Shown here piece after piece: positions 55,592 to 64,000 of a stretch of 64,000 bases of DNA; positions within the stretch are counted from its first letter, which is position 1, and each line of letters begins with the position of its first letter. The notes under the pieces are model-generated. The model ran no database searches, was not told the DNA's origin, and was given only the letters and a program-made list of their open reading frames with translations. The DNA comes from an uncultured Ruminococcus sp. (GTDB taxonomy: Bacteria; Bacillota; Clostridia; Oscillospirales; Acutalibacteraceae), in the NCBI GenBank assembly GCA_902773135.1, contig CACYDP010000100.1, positions 49-64,048 on the forward strand, read 5' to 3'. A program made the position numbers and the translations under genes.

Positions 55592-56839
55592 ATGGAATAT
55601 AAAAATGTGAAAACAGCCATTATCGGCGGAGGAGCAGCAGGACTTGCGTGTGCTGTGCAATGTGCTTCAAAACTCGGATACGGAAGTACCTTGATCATAG
55701 AACGTCAGGCAAGAACCGGACGAAAACTTCTGGCAACGGGCAACGGCAGATGCAATTTGTCCAACCGCCATCTTTCGTCTGAACATTATTACGGGGATAA
55801 AGCCATTATTCGTTCCGTGCTGTCGGGATTCGGTTCAGAAGATGTCGAGAAATTTTTCGGCAGTATGGGATTGCTCTTTCGTGACGACAGTGAGGGCAGG
55901 GTATATCCTTACAGCAATCAGGCATCAACGGTGTTGGATTGTATGCGGCTGAAATGTGAAAAACTCGGTGTAGAGGAATTATGCGATTTTAAAATCAAAA
56001 CTATCCGTAAAAGCGGCGGCTTTTTTTTGATTGAGTCGGAGACATTCTCCGTAAAGGCACAATATGTGGTATTCGCAACAGGGTCAAGAGCTTCATCACT
56101 GCTCGGTGCCAACGACAGCGGTTATCGTATGCTTGAAAAATTCGGAATCAGGTCAACACCGCTTTTTCCGGCATTGTCGCCCGTTTCCGCAAAAGAAAAA
56201 TATAAAAATCTCAAAGGTGTTCGTGCCAAAGGCAGTGTGACATTGACAGCAGATAAAGAAACTATCAAAAAGCGTTTCGGAGAAATACAGTTTACCGACA
56301 ATGGTCTTTCGGGAATCTGTGTTTTTGAAATTTCAAGATTTGTCAACGAATTTTTTATGCTCGGAAAAATCAGCGGAAAACCGTATCAGAAAATCAGCAT
56401 ATCGGTTGATGTAATGAGCGACTTTTCTTATCAAGAATTATGTGCCTATCTTTTTCGCTGTAAAAGAATCTTTTCCGATGGAAAGGCTTCGGATCTGCTC
56501 TCGGCGGCTCTTAACAGAAAACTTGCTCAATCTGTTGCACAATATTGTTCGCTGGCTTCCAAAAAATGCACGGCACTTTCTGATAACGATATTAAAAAAC
56601 TTGCCTATGCCGCAAAGAACTTTGTATTCACGCCTGTTGTAACAGACAGTTATCAATCAGCACAGGTAAGTGCGGGAGGAATCAGTTCTCAATATGTGAA
56701 TCCTGAAACACTTATGTCGAAAAGCATCGAAAATCTTTTTATCATAGGAGAACTTCTTGATGTTGACGGCGACTGTGGAGGATATAATCTGCACTTTGCA
56801 TTCGGCAGTGCCGCTGTACCTGTTAAATCTATGAAATAA
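55592..56839 (+). CDS. HI0933/BaiN-like FAD-binding flavoprotein (aminoacetone oxidase family).
   Basis: It shows IIGGGAAGL, TGNGRCNLSN and a C-terminal ELLDVDGDCGGYNL. Confidence 0.8.
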   Translation: MEYKNVKTAIIGGGAAGLACAVQCASKLGYGSTLIIERQARTGRKLLATGNGRCNLSNRHLSSEHYYGDKAIIRSVLSGFGSEDVEKFFGSMGLLFRDDSEGRVYPYSNQASTVLDCMRLKCEKLGVEELCDFKIKTIRKSGGFFLIESETFSVKAQYVVFATGSRASSLLGANDSGYRMLEKFGIRSTPLFPALSPVSAKEKYKNLKGVRAKGSVTLTADKETIKKRFGEIQFTDNGLSGICVFEISRFVNEFFMLGKISGKPYQKISISVDVMSDFSYQELCAYLFRCKRIFSDGKASDLLSAALNRKLAQSVAQYCSLASKKCTALSDNDIKKLAYAAKNFVFTPVVTDSYQSAQVSAGGISSQYVNPETLMSKSIENLFIIGELLDVDGDCGGYNLHFAFGSAAVPVKSMK

Positions 56840-56851
56840 TGTGAGGAAAAA

Positions 56852-58459
56852 ATGCTTAGAATCAATGATATAACATTGCCGCTTGATTACGATCAGGAAA
56901 CCGTGAAAAAAGCGGCAGCCAAAAAACTGAATATTTCCGTTTCTGAAATTGAATCGGCTGAAATTTATAAGAGAAGTACGGACGCAAGAAAAAAGAATGC
57001 TGTTTGTTTTCGTTCCAGTGTAGACGTGACAATTTACGGTGGTGCAAAAAGTGAATCCAGAGCCGAAAAAAGATGCAAGAGTGCCAACATTGTCAAGGAA
57101 TATCAATATACATTTCCAAAATGTGCTCCCTCTAAAACACGTCCTGTCATTGTAGGCAGCGGTCCGTGCGGATTATTTGCGGCACTTGTGCTTGCTCAGG
57201 CAGGTCAAAGACCAATCATTGTGGAGCGTGGACGTGATGTGGACAGGCGTACCTCGGATATTGCCCGTTTTTGGAGCGGCAGCGATTTGGACGAAATATC
57301 AAATGTACAATTCGGTGAGGGAGGAGCAGGAACATTTTCTGACGGCAAACTGACTACGGGAACAAAAGATATACGCATCAGAAAAGTTCTGGAGGAATTT
57401 GTCGCTCACGGAGCACCCAAAGAAATTCTATATCTTGCAAAGCCGCATATAGGTACGGATATGCTGAAAAACACCATCAAAAATATCCGTAACGATATTC
57501 TCTCTCTGGGCGGAGAAGTGTTTTTTGAAACACAGATGACCGGTATCAAAAGCCGTGACGGTGTATTGACGGGAATTGAAGTGATTTCAAAAGGAGAAAA
57601 ACGCATCATCGAAACCAATACCGTTCTCCTTGCGATCGGTCACAGTGCAAGAGATACTTTTGAAATGCTTTTGCAAAGCGGAATTGTAATGCAGCAAAAA
57701 CCTTTCGCAATGGGAGTACGGATTGAACATCTTCAAAAAAATATCAATATTGCACAGTACGGGGATTTTTGCAGCAGTCCGTATTTATCGGCAGCGGATT
57801 ATAAATTAGCGGCTCATCTCAAAAACGGCAGGGGTGTTTATACCTTTTGTATGTGTCCGGGAGGAACGGTTGTAGCGGCAGCAAGCGAAAAAAATCATCT
57901 TGTCACAAACGGTATGAGTGAATTTGCTCGTGATGGAGTCAATGCCAATTCTGCATTATTAGTAGGAATCAATCCGTCTGATTTTGGAAGTGAAGAGATA
58001 TTGGCAGGGGTGAAGCTGCAAAGGAAACTGGAAAGCAAAGCCTTTATCGCAGGCGGTCAGAATTATTATGCTCCTGTGCAAAGGGTGTGTGATTTTCTTA
58101 ACGGAACCAAATCTGCGGCATTGGGTTCGGTGATACCAAGTTATCAGCCGGGGACGGAGTTATCGGCTCTGAATGAGATTTTTCCTGATTTTATGACAGA
58201 ATCCATCGGAGAGGGTATCAAAATTTTTGATACAAAGCTGCACGGGTTTGCTGATGGAGATGCTGTGCTTACGGCAGTAGAAAGCAGGAGTTCGTCACCG
58301 GTACGGATGATTCGTGATGAAACGATGCAGTCTGTATCTTTAAAAGGTCTATATCCGTGTGGAGAGGGAGCAGGCTATGCCGGTGGAATTATGTCCGCAG
58401 CTGTTGACGGTATCAAAGCGGCGGAGCGGCGGAGTGCCTCCGCTGTCAATTCGCGTTAA
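56852..58459 (+). CDS. FAD-dependent oxidoreductase (COG2509-type).
   Basis: The N-terminus is MLRINDITLPLDYDQE...STDARKK, and it shows VIVGSGPCGLFAAL and CGEGAGYAGGIMSAAVDG. Confidence 0.75.
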   Translation: MLRINDITLPLDYDQETVKKAAAKKLNISVSEIESAEIYKRSTDARKKNAVCFRSSVDVTIYGGAKSESRAEKRCKSANIVKEYQYTFPKCAPSKTRPVIVGSGPCGLFAALVLAQAGQRPIIVERGRDVDRRTSDIARFWSGSDLDEISNVQFGEGGAGTFSDGKLTTGTKDIRIRKVLEEFVAHGAPKEILYLAKPHIGTDMLKNTIKNIRNDILSLGGEVFFETQMTGIKSRDGVLTGIEVISKGEKRIIETNTVLLAIGHSARDTFEMLLQSGIVMQQKPFAMGVRIEHLQKNINIAQYGDFCSSPYLSAADYKLAAHLKNGRGVYTFCMCPGGTVVAAASEKNHLVTNGMSEFARDGVNANSALLVGINPSDFGSEEILAGVKLQRKLESKAFIAGGQNYYAPVQRVCDFLNGTKSAALGSVIPSYQPGTELSALNEIFPDFMTESIGEGIKIFDTKLHGFADGDAVLTAVESRSSSPVRMIRDETMQSVSLKGLYPCGEGAGYAGGIMSAAVDGIKAAERRSASAVNSR

Positions 58460-58501
58460 AAGATAATACGGAAAGCTAATTGGCTAATCGCGGAACACAT
58501 T

Positions 58502-58640
58502 GGATAAGAGTATTATCGAAAGTTTCGGCGGAGCGGCGGTGCGTGACCGCACGGGACAATTTGCTCTCATCAAGTTGCCTTAGAATTTACTGATTGATTT
58601 CTCTTCATTTACTGGATAAGAGTATTATCGAAAGTTTCGG
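58502..58640 (+). repeat. Exact 28-bp direct repeat (tggataagagtattatcgaaagtttcgg) at 58502-58529 and 58613-58640, with a period of 111 bp.
   Basis: The two copies are identical on reading. The second copy runs straight into family A copy 2. The 3' 9 nt of the repeat (aaagtttcg) also begins copy 1 at 12453. Confidence 0.9.
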
Positions 58641-58770
58641 TCAAGCCTTTTCAAAGGCTTGCGGGGGATTAGGGGGGCAGAGCCGCCCCGGCTTTCAGAC
58701 CACGACAAACTATATGCAAAGGAATGACTTGTTCCGTTCCCGGAGGGGTTTCCCAATCCCCTTTCACAAG
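58631..58770 (+). repeat. Structured GC-rich intergenic repeat, family A copy 2.
   Basis: It aligns to 12453-12597 through shared blocks: aaagtttcg, tcaagccttttcaaaggcttgc, aggggcag, gccccggct, atatgcaaagga and gttccgttccc. The 3' hairpin is decayed and has no T run. Confidence 0.85.
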
Positions 58771-58881
58771 AACCCATAGCCGATAACAAAAATAGTTAAG
58801 ACAAAGATAAGCCGTATCGTCTATGCAAAAAATCATAATGAAAAAACACTAAAAATACTATTCACTATTTGCTCATTCTGC

Positions 58882-58910
58882 TTGACACAAATATTGAAAT
58901 CAAATATAAT
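58882..58910 (+). promoter_or_regulatory. Sigma-A type promoter for the ABC transporter gene.
   Basis: TTGACA (58882-58887), a 17-nt spacer and TATAAT (58905-58910). Confidence 0.65.
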
Positions 58911-58975
58911 AAATCTGTTCGGCATACCAATACATTTATAGAAATGCCAGCAATTTTAAGGGGGGTATTTTTTTA

Positions 58976-61927
58976 GTGCTTCAAATCAGGAATATTAAGA
59001 AAAAGTATAAAACAGGCGATCTGATACAGACGGCTCTTGATGATGTGTCACTGAACCTCAGGGATAATGAGTTTGTGGCAATTCTGGGTCCAAGCGGATC
59101 GGGTAAAACCACTTTACTGAACATTATCGGCGGTCTTGACCGTTATGACAGCGGTGATCTGATCATCAATGATATTTCTACCAAGAAATATAAAAGCCGT
59201 GATTGGGACGCTTATCGAAATCATACGATCGGATTTGTGTTTCAGAGTTATAACTTGATCCCACATCAGAATATTCTTTCTAATGTGGAACTTGCCTTGA
59301 CGATTTCCGGCGTGTCACGCTCCGAACGTAAAAAACGTGCCAAACAGGCTCTTGAAAAAGTGGGGCTGGGCAATCAATTTCATAAACGTCCTAATCAGCT
59401 TTCAGGCGGTCAGATGCAGCGTGTCGCTATTGCACGTGCGTTGGTCAATAATCCCGATATTCTGTTGGCGGACGAACCTACGGGTGCTCTGGATACCGAA
59501 ACGGGTATTCAGGTAATGGAACTTCTGAAAGAAGTCGCTAAAGACAGATTGGTCGTTATGGTAACACATAACCCCGAACTCGCTGAAGAATATGCAACCC
59601 GTATCGTCAAACTGCGTGACGGCAAAATAAAAAGCGACAGCAATCCTTATGAACCCGAAAAAACAGAGAAAGAACCTGTACATAAAAAATTGGGCAAGGC
59701 TTCAATGTCATTTTTGACTTCTCTGGCACTCAGCTTTAACAACCTCAGAACCAAAAAGGGAAGAACGATTCTCACATCTTTTGCAGGCTCTATCGGTATT
59801 ATCGGTATAGCATTGATACTGTCACTTTCAAATGGTGTCAACACCTATATCACTGATATTCAAAAAAGTACGATGTCGTCCTATCCGATTACCATTGATG
59901 CCAAAACAATGGATTTATCGTCTATTATGAATATTCACGAAGAAAATATCGGCGATAAGGAAATTGACCATCAGCTTGATCAGGTCTATTCGGATAACCA
60001 ATCACTTGAAATGATTTCCGAGGTGACGGCAAGCATTACAAAAAATAATCTTACTAAATTCAAGGAATATCTTGACAATCCTAAAAGTGATATTCATCAA
60101 TATCTCGGCGAAAACGGTGTTGTCTATACGTATCAGACACGTTTCGGCGTTTACACAAAGGACAGTGACGGTACTTTTGTCAATACTGACGGCTCTACTC
60201 TTACCGACGATGAAACCGAAAGAATGGCGATTTCATCTAACAAACGAGGAATGGCAATGAGTATGAGCTTTATGAGCGATTATCAGAGTAATACGAATTT
60301 TACCCAGATTCTCCCCGGAAAAAACGGCAAGGGTATCAGCGATACCGTCAAAGAAAATTATGATCTGCTTTACGGTGAATGGCCCGGCGAATATAATGAT
60401 GTCGTTTTGATTCTGGACGAAAATAATGAAATCTCTACCACCGCTCTTTATGCAATCGGTTTTCTGCCGACAAAAGAATATAAAGATATTGTTAAGAAAA
60501 TAGAAAATAATGAAAAAGTGGAATTGAAAGACAGAAAATGGTCTTATAAAGATATTTGTCAGCAGGATCTTTATCTGATTCCCGATTGTGATACTTATAT
60601 TAAGTCCGAAGATGGAAAATATGAGTGCGTTAAGGAAAATACCGAAAAAATGGAAAAATTGATGAATTCAGCAGTCAAGCTGAACATTTCTGCCGTAATA
60701 CGTCCCAAAGAAGATGCGGTATATACATCGTTAGACGGTGTTTTTGGCTATACACAGGAACTTACTGATTATATCATCAATGTATCCAACAACAGCGATG
60801 TGGTAAAAGCACAGAAAAACAGCAAGGATATTAATATTATCAATGGTGTGAAATTTGCTCCGTCAGATGATGATGCAAAAATAGAAGATCTGAAATCTTA
60901 TGTGGACAGTCTTGGTGTCAGTGAAAAAGCTGCATTAACACAGCAGATGATCACCGCAACAGGCGGAGATGTATCAGAAGTTTTACAGCAGGCACAACAG
61001 CCACAGACAAGTGCGAATCCGCAGCAGGCACAACAGCCACAGACAAGTACAAATCCGCAGCAGGCACAACAGCCACAGACAAGTACAAATCCGCAGCAGG
61101 CACAACAGCCGCAGACAAGTACAAATCCGCAGCAGGCACAACAGCTGCAGACAAGTACAAATCCGCAGCAGGCACAGCAGCCGCAGGCAAATATGAATCC
61201 TCAGCAATCACAGGCTTCAATGGAAGAAATGCTTGCTGCTATGTTGGACGATATGATCGCCGAAACGGATAAAGAAATTCTGGTGGCAATGTATGATCAG
61301 TATATTTCATCGGGAACATATGAAGATAACCTTGAAACATTCGGTGTGATAAGTCTTGATGCACCGACTTCGATTAATATTTATACCGACAGTTTTGATG
61401 CAAAAGATTCCGTTTCGGAATGTATCGAAAAATATAACAGCAAAGTGGATCAGGAAGACCAGATTACCTATACCGATTATGTGGGACTTCTGATGTCTTC
61501 CGTAACAACAATTGTTAACGTGATTTCTTATGTTCTGATTGCATTTGTAGCGGTATCGCTGATTGTATCATCTATTATGATAGGTATTATCACTTATATT
61601 TCGGTTCTGGAACGTACCAAGGAAATTGGTATCCTCAGAGCCATAGGTGCTTCAAAGAGAAACATCTCTCAGGTATTTAATGCCGAAACATTTATTATAG
61701 GACTGTTTTCCGGATTGATGGGAATAGGTATCAATTTGCTGCTTTTGATTCCGATCAATATGCTGATACACTCCATAGCCGGAACAGATACGGTCAACGC
61801 TATACTGCCTTTAGACGGAGGAATCATACTGGTTGTTTTGAGTGTCATTCTTACGCTGATAGGTGGTCTGATACCGTCCAAAAAAGCTGCCAACAAAGAC
61901 CCTGTTACAGCTTTGCGTACGGAATAA
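58976..61927 (+). CDS. Fused ABC transporter: MacB/LolD-type ATPase, a large extracytoplasmic domain and an FtsX-type permease.
   Basis: It has a GTG start, Walker A (GPSGSGKTT), the signature LSGGQMQR and Walker B (ILLADEPT). One TM is followed by about 580 aa of extracytoplasmic sequence and a C-terminal FtsX 3-TM bundle. Confidence 0.85.
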   Translation: MLQIRNIKKKYKTGDLIQTALDDVSLNLRDNEFVAILGPSGSGKTTLLNIIGGLDRYDSGDLIINDISTKKYKSRDWDAYRNHTIGFVFQSYNLIPHQNILSNVELALTISGVSRSERKKRAKQALEKVGLGNQFHKRPNQLSGGQMQRVAIARALVNNPDILLADEPTGALDTETGIQVMELLKEVAKDRLVVMVTHNPELAEEYATRIVKLRDGKIKSDSNPYEPEKTEKEPVHKKLGKASMSFLTSLALSFNNLRTKKGRTILTSFAGSIGIIGIALILSLSNGVNTYITDIQKSTMSSYPITIDAKTMDLSSIMNIHEENIGDKEIDHQLDQVYSDNQSLEMISEVTASITKNNLTKFKEYLDNPKSDIHQYLGENGVVYTYQTRFGVYTKDSDGTFVNTDGSTLTDDETERMAISSNKRGMAMSMSFMSDYQSNTNFTQILPGKNGKGISDTVKENYDLLYGEWPGEYNDVVLILDENNEISTTALYAIGFLPTKEYKDIVKKIENNEKVELKDRKWSYKDICQQDLYLIPDCDTYIKSEDGKYECVKENTEKMEKLMNSAVKLNISAVIRPKEDAVYTSLDGVFGYTQELTDYIINVSNNSDVVKAQKNSKDINIINGVKFAPSDDDAKIEDLKSYVDSLGVSEKAALTQQMITATGGDVSEVLQQAQQPQTSANPQQAQQPQTSTNPQQAQQPQTSTNPQQAQQPQTSTNPQQAQQLQTSTNPQQAQQPQANMNPQQSQASMEEMLAAMLDDMIAETDKEILVAMYDQYISSGTYEDNLETFGVISLDAPTSINIYTDSFDAKDSVSECIEKYNSKVDQEDQITYTDYVGLLMSSVTTIVNVISYVLIAFVAVSLIVSSIMIGIITYISVLERTKEIGILRAIGASKRNISQVFNAETFIIGLFSGLMGIGINLLLLIPINMLIHSIAGTDTVNAILPLDGGIILVVLSVILTLIGGLIPSKKAANKDPVTALRTE
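60986..61201 (+). repeat. 36-bp in-frame tandem repeat, 6 copies, encoding QQAQQPQTS(T/A)NP.
   Basis: The unit is cagcaggcacaacagccacagacaagtacaaatccg. Four near-perfect central copies are flanked by two more diverged copies. Confidence 0.9.
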
Positions 61928-61947
61928 TAAAATAGGTAACAAGCTCC

Positions 61948-61984
61948 TTCCCGTGCAGATTTCGATTTGCACGGGAATTTTTTA
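61948..61984 (+). terminator. Rho-independent terminator after the ABC transporter gene.
   Basis: Stem TCCCGTGCA / TGCACGGGA followed by a T7 run. Confidence 0.8.
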
Positions 61985-62021
61985 GGGGGAATTTTTGTAC
62001 TACCAAAAAAATATTTTTTTG

Positions 62022-62056
62022 AATTTGACCTTTTCGGGTCAAATTTTTTTATTTTT
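62022..62056 (+). terminator. Second terminator-like hairpin directly upstream of the phage-like cassette.
   Basis: Stem AATTTGACC / GGTCAAATT followed by T7 and T5 runs. Confidence 0.6.
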
Positions 62057-62118
62057 GGGGGGAATATTGAAAAGTGTTCCAAACGGAATGCTTTTTAATT
62101 AATCTTAGGAGTGATTTT

Positions 62119-62454
62119 GTGAATAATGAGCTTTGTATTCCTCAGAACCGTATGTTTATTACGGAAATCATCATTCAAAATGGTGATGAATATTATACAT
62201 TGAAAGACGGTGAAAAACTGGTTTTCGGAATGAAAAAAAATCCGTTGAATACGGCGTATATTCTGAAAAAAGAAATCACCGTCGATGATAAACACGTCAA
62301 CGGCTATTTGCTGACACTGCGTACGGAAGAAACAGATATTCCGCAGGGAGCATATTGGTATGACATCGCTCTGGTCAGAAGCGATCATGAGATGATTAAA
62401 ATTATAGGCTCGACAAGAATGGAAATTGTCGAATCGGTTGTCAGGAGTGATTGA
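62119..62454 (+). CDS. Phage-like small structural protein (Ig-like, tail-fibre region type).
   Basis: An RBS (AGGAG) is followed by a GTG at 62119, while the track ORF starts at 62074. The pattern ...GDEYYTLKDGEKLVFGMKK...LTLRTEETDIPQGAYWYDIALV recalls small prophage tail-region proteins. There is no firm family call. Confidence 0.4.
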   Translation: MNNELCIPQNRMFITEIIIQNGDEYYTLKDGEKLVFGMKKNPLNTAYILKKEITVDDKHVNGYLLTLRTEETDIPQGAYWYDIALVRSDHEMIKIIGSTRMEIVESVVRSD

Positions 62455-63164
62455 CAGTGCTTATCGGTTATATTAACGAAATAGCGGAGCTGACAGGAAC
62501 TTTCGGTTTGCCGGAGATTCCGCCGCCGCCCGAACCGGTGGAATGTGATTACTATTATGATATTTACGGCTGTGATAAGACATTGATGGAGGATATGACA
62601 GAGAAGAAGGGAATCACCGGTCTTTCTGTCAATGGGACGTACTATGCGTTTACTCAAAAACTAAGCTTTGACGGCAGTCATTACATTGATTCGGGAGTAG
62701 TGCCGACAGTTGAAACAGTTGTTGAAATTGACCACCAAATGAACGACACAGCCAATGCGTGGGTATTCGGTTCGAGAAAAGCAAGCAATCAGAATGCGTT
62801 TTCGCTGAATGTTAATATGGCGAGAACAGCCTATTATCCCCGAATTGGCAGTAATTCCAATTACAGTTTTACAGTCGCCAATGAACGTCATCAAATCGTG
62901 ATGAGCAAGTCAGGAATCAATGTCGATGGAGAACTGAAAAAAGAATTTTCAGGAGTGACAATCACTACGGATTTGAATCTTTACATTGGTGCTTTAAATC
63001 AGGCGGGAACGGTAACAGGTGCGGCAAATACGGACATTTATACAATGAAAATTTATGACAGCGGGAATTTGTTGAGATATTACGTTCCGTGTATTTCCGA
63101 TGAAAACAGCAGGGGACTGTTTGACCTTGTAAATTACGTTTTTTATCCGCTGTTATCATTATAA
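62451..63164 (+). CDS. Phage-like receptor-binding / tail-fibre-associated protein.
   Basis: The pattern ..LSFDGSHYIDSGVVP....NLYIGALN....IYTMKIYDSGNLLRYYVPCISDENSRGLFDLVNYVFY is recurrent in prophage distal tail proteins. It overlaps the previous ORF by 4 nt, and a GTG at 62457 is an alternative start. Confidence 0.45.
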   Translation: MTVLIGYINEIAELTGTFGLPEIPPPPEPVECDYYYDIYGCDKTLMEDMTEKKGITGLSVNGTYYAFTQKLSFDGSHYIDSGVVPTVETVVEIDHQMNDTANAWVFGSRKASNQNAFSLNVNMARTAYYPRIGSNSNYSFTVANERHQIVMSKSGINVDGELKKEFSGVTITTDLNLYIGALNQAGTVTGAANTDIYTMKIYDSGNLLRYYVPCISDENSRGLFDLVNYVFYPLLSL

Positions 63165-63178
63165 GGAGGAATTTGTGA

Positions 63179-63901
63179 ATGACATATATTAATCGAACCA
63201 TTCAGACCACTACCAATGAGCTGAATTTTATCAAAACTTTTATCAATAACGTCACAGCGGATTGTCCGCATATTACCTGTGATACGTCAACACTTGAGGA
63301 ACAATTTGCGGAAACAGGCGGCAAGCCGGCTTTTATTCTGAATATTCTTGATGAATTTCCACTAAGGATGGAACGTGCCGCTGTGTTGGAATCCAATTCT
63401 TACGGCTATAATATTACTTTTACTAATTCGGCAGGAATTTCTGAGACATTTGGCACTTTACAGTTTGAAAATTACAGTCTGCCCTGTACGACAATCAGCC
63501 GCCGCTTGTGGAGCTACGAGATATGTTACGGAAACGGTGCGGTCAATCTGCTGCTGAAAGACTGTACTTCAGCGGTAAAAGCAGAAATATGTACCCTGAA
63601 AAATGAAGAGATTTCAGCGGCTGCGTTTTCAAATAGTTCATTAATCCGTGCCTATGAAAATCAGTTCACGTTTTCAAACGGCACTACTGCCAATCTCCAC
63701 AACCGATTTACATACAGAAATGACGACCTGCGTAAAATTGAAATACTGAAAAACAAAGTATTCAAAACAGCCGACGGTGCGACAATTTCAGGAAAGACAA
63801 GCGTGCTGTATGATTGCAGTTATGTTCCGGCAAATGAGATCATCACAGCGGACGGAAATTCGTATGTGTCGCTTGGAAATTATACTTTGATAGGGGGTTG
63901 A
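63179..63901 (+). CDS. Hypothetical phage-like protein.
   Basis: A strong RBS (AAGGAGG) precedes the ATG at 63179. It sits between the tail-fibre-like gene and the holin gene, and no motif is recognised. Confidence 0.4.
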   Translation: MTYINRTIQTTTNELNFIKTFINNVTADCPHITCDTSTLEEQFAETGGKPAFILNILDEFPLRMERAAVLESNSYGYNITFTNSAGISETFGTLQFENYSLPCTTISRRLWSYEICYGNGAVNLLLKDCTSAVKAEICTLKNEEISAAAFSNSSLIRAYENQFTFSNGTTANLHNRFTYRNDDLRKIEILKNKVFKTADGATISGKTSVLYDCSYVPANEIITADGNSYVSLGNYTLIGG

Positions 63902-63904
63902 AAA

Positions 63905-64000
63905 ATGGACAACAAAACATTACAAGGCGTGTTTACAGTTGCAATGGCAGCGTTTGCGGTATATTTCAATGCCCTTGCCGTTCCACTCGTCGTACTTGTG
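63905..64000 (+). CDS. Phage holin (holin_4_1-like), N-terminal part. The 3' end runs off the right edge of the window.
   Basis: My own translation reads MDNKTLQGVFTVAMAAFAVYFNALAVPLVVLV.... A short polar N-terminus is followed by a TM helix, as in toxin-secretion/phage-lysis holins. An RBS (GGGGG) is present. Confidence 0.55.
   Translation, partial: MDNKTLQGVFTVAMAAFAVYFNALAVPLVVLV

Noticed and set aside
58419-58540. The 14-mer cggcggagcggcgg occurs both at the 3' end of the COG2509 gene (58419-58432) and in the spacer (58527-58540), hinting that the repeat remodelled the gene's C-terminus.
   Set aside because: It is a low-complexity GC-rich 14-mer, and several exact 14-mer coincidences are expected by chance in this window. 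There is no flanking similarity.
60951-61220. A CRISPR-like impression from the regularly spaced 36-bp repeats, plus three small ORFs in other frames.
   Set aside because: The units are directly adjacent with no spacers. They are in frame with the ABC transporter gene and encode a Q/P-rich linker. No cas genes are present.

Overview
This is a 64-kb chromosomal segment from a low-GC, spore-forming Firmicute of the class Clostridia. The sporulation genes present are spoIIAA-spoIIAB-sigF, a spoIVFA/FB-like pair, cotF-like genes, and cortex amidase and deacetylase genes. A very large multi-CBM GH13 amylase suggests a Ruminococcus/Oscillospiraceae-like starch degrader, but the taxon cannot be verified from this window. 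I support about 55 protein genes and one tRNA-Pro. Most of the window is housekeeping: gltBD, dapL, coaBC, htrA, folC, ligA, luxS, feoAB, a rubrerythrin-perR pair, crcB and a ClC channel. The rest of the ordinary content is cell-envelope functions: YfhO, two LCP paralogs and an MBOAT operon. No CRISPR array, rRNA, intact IS element or recognisable defence system is visible. Eight things deserve a second look. (1) The amylase signal peptide is out of frame with its only plausible start codon at a T5 homopolymer. (2) A 5'-truncated, ORF-less remnant of a group IIC intron (domains IV-VI) lies between the ClC gene and luxS. (3) A family of GC-rich, hairpin-forming intergenic repeats has solid copies at 12.45 kb and 58.63 kb, plus a 28-bp duplication and weaker relatives at other loci. 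(4) A four-gene, AT-richer surface-modification operon at 33.6-39.5 kb encodes a YYY-repeat/SH3/transglutaminase-like protein, an MBOAT, a DHHW/AlgJ-like protein and a PEPQ-repeat lipoprotein. (5) A His-rich COG0523 GTPase is followed by an unusual fusion of a degenerate COG0523 domain to a DUF1980-like CCxxD domain. (6) An orphan phage tail-fibre/holin cassette starts abruptly after two terminators at 62 kb. (7) Gene fragments (a PAS N-terminus and an apparently N-truncated NUDIX gene) lie next to tRNA-Pro. (8) An acyltransferase-LytTR-DUF3021 module is present. All functional calls come from motif recognition in the supplied or self-made translations, and no database search was possible.
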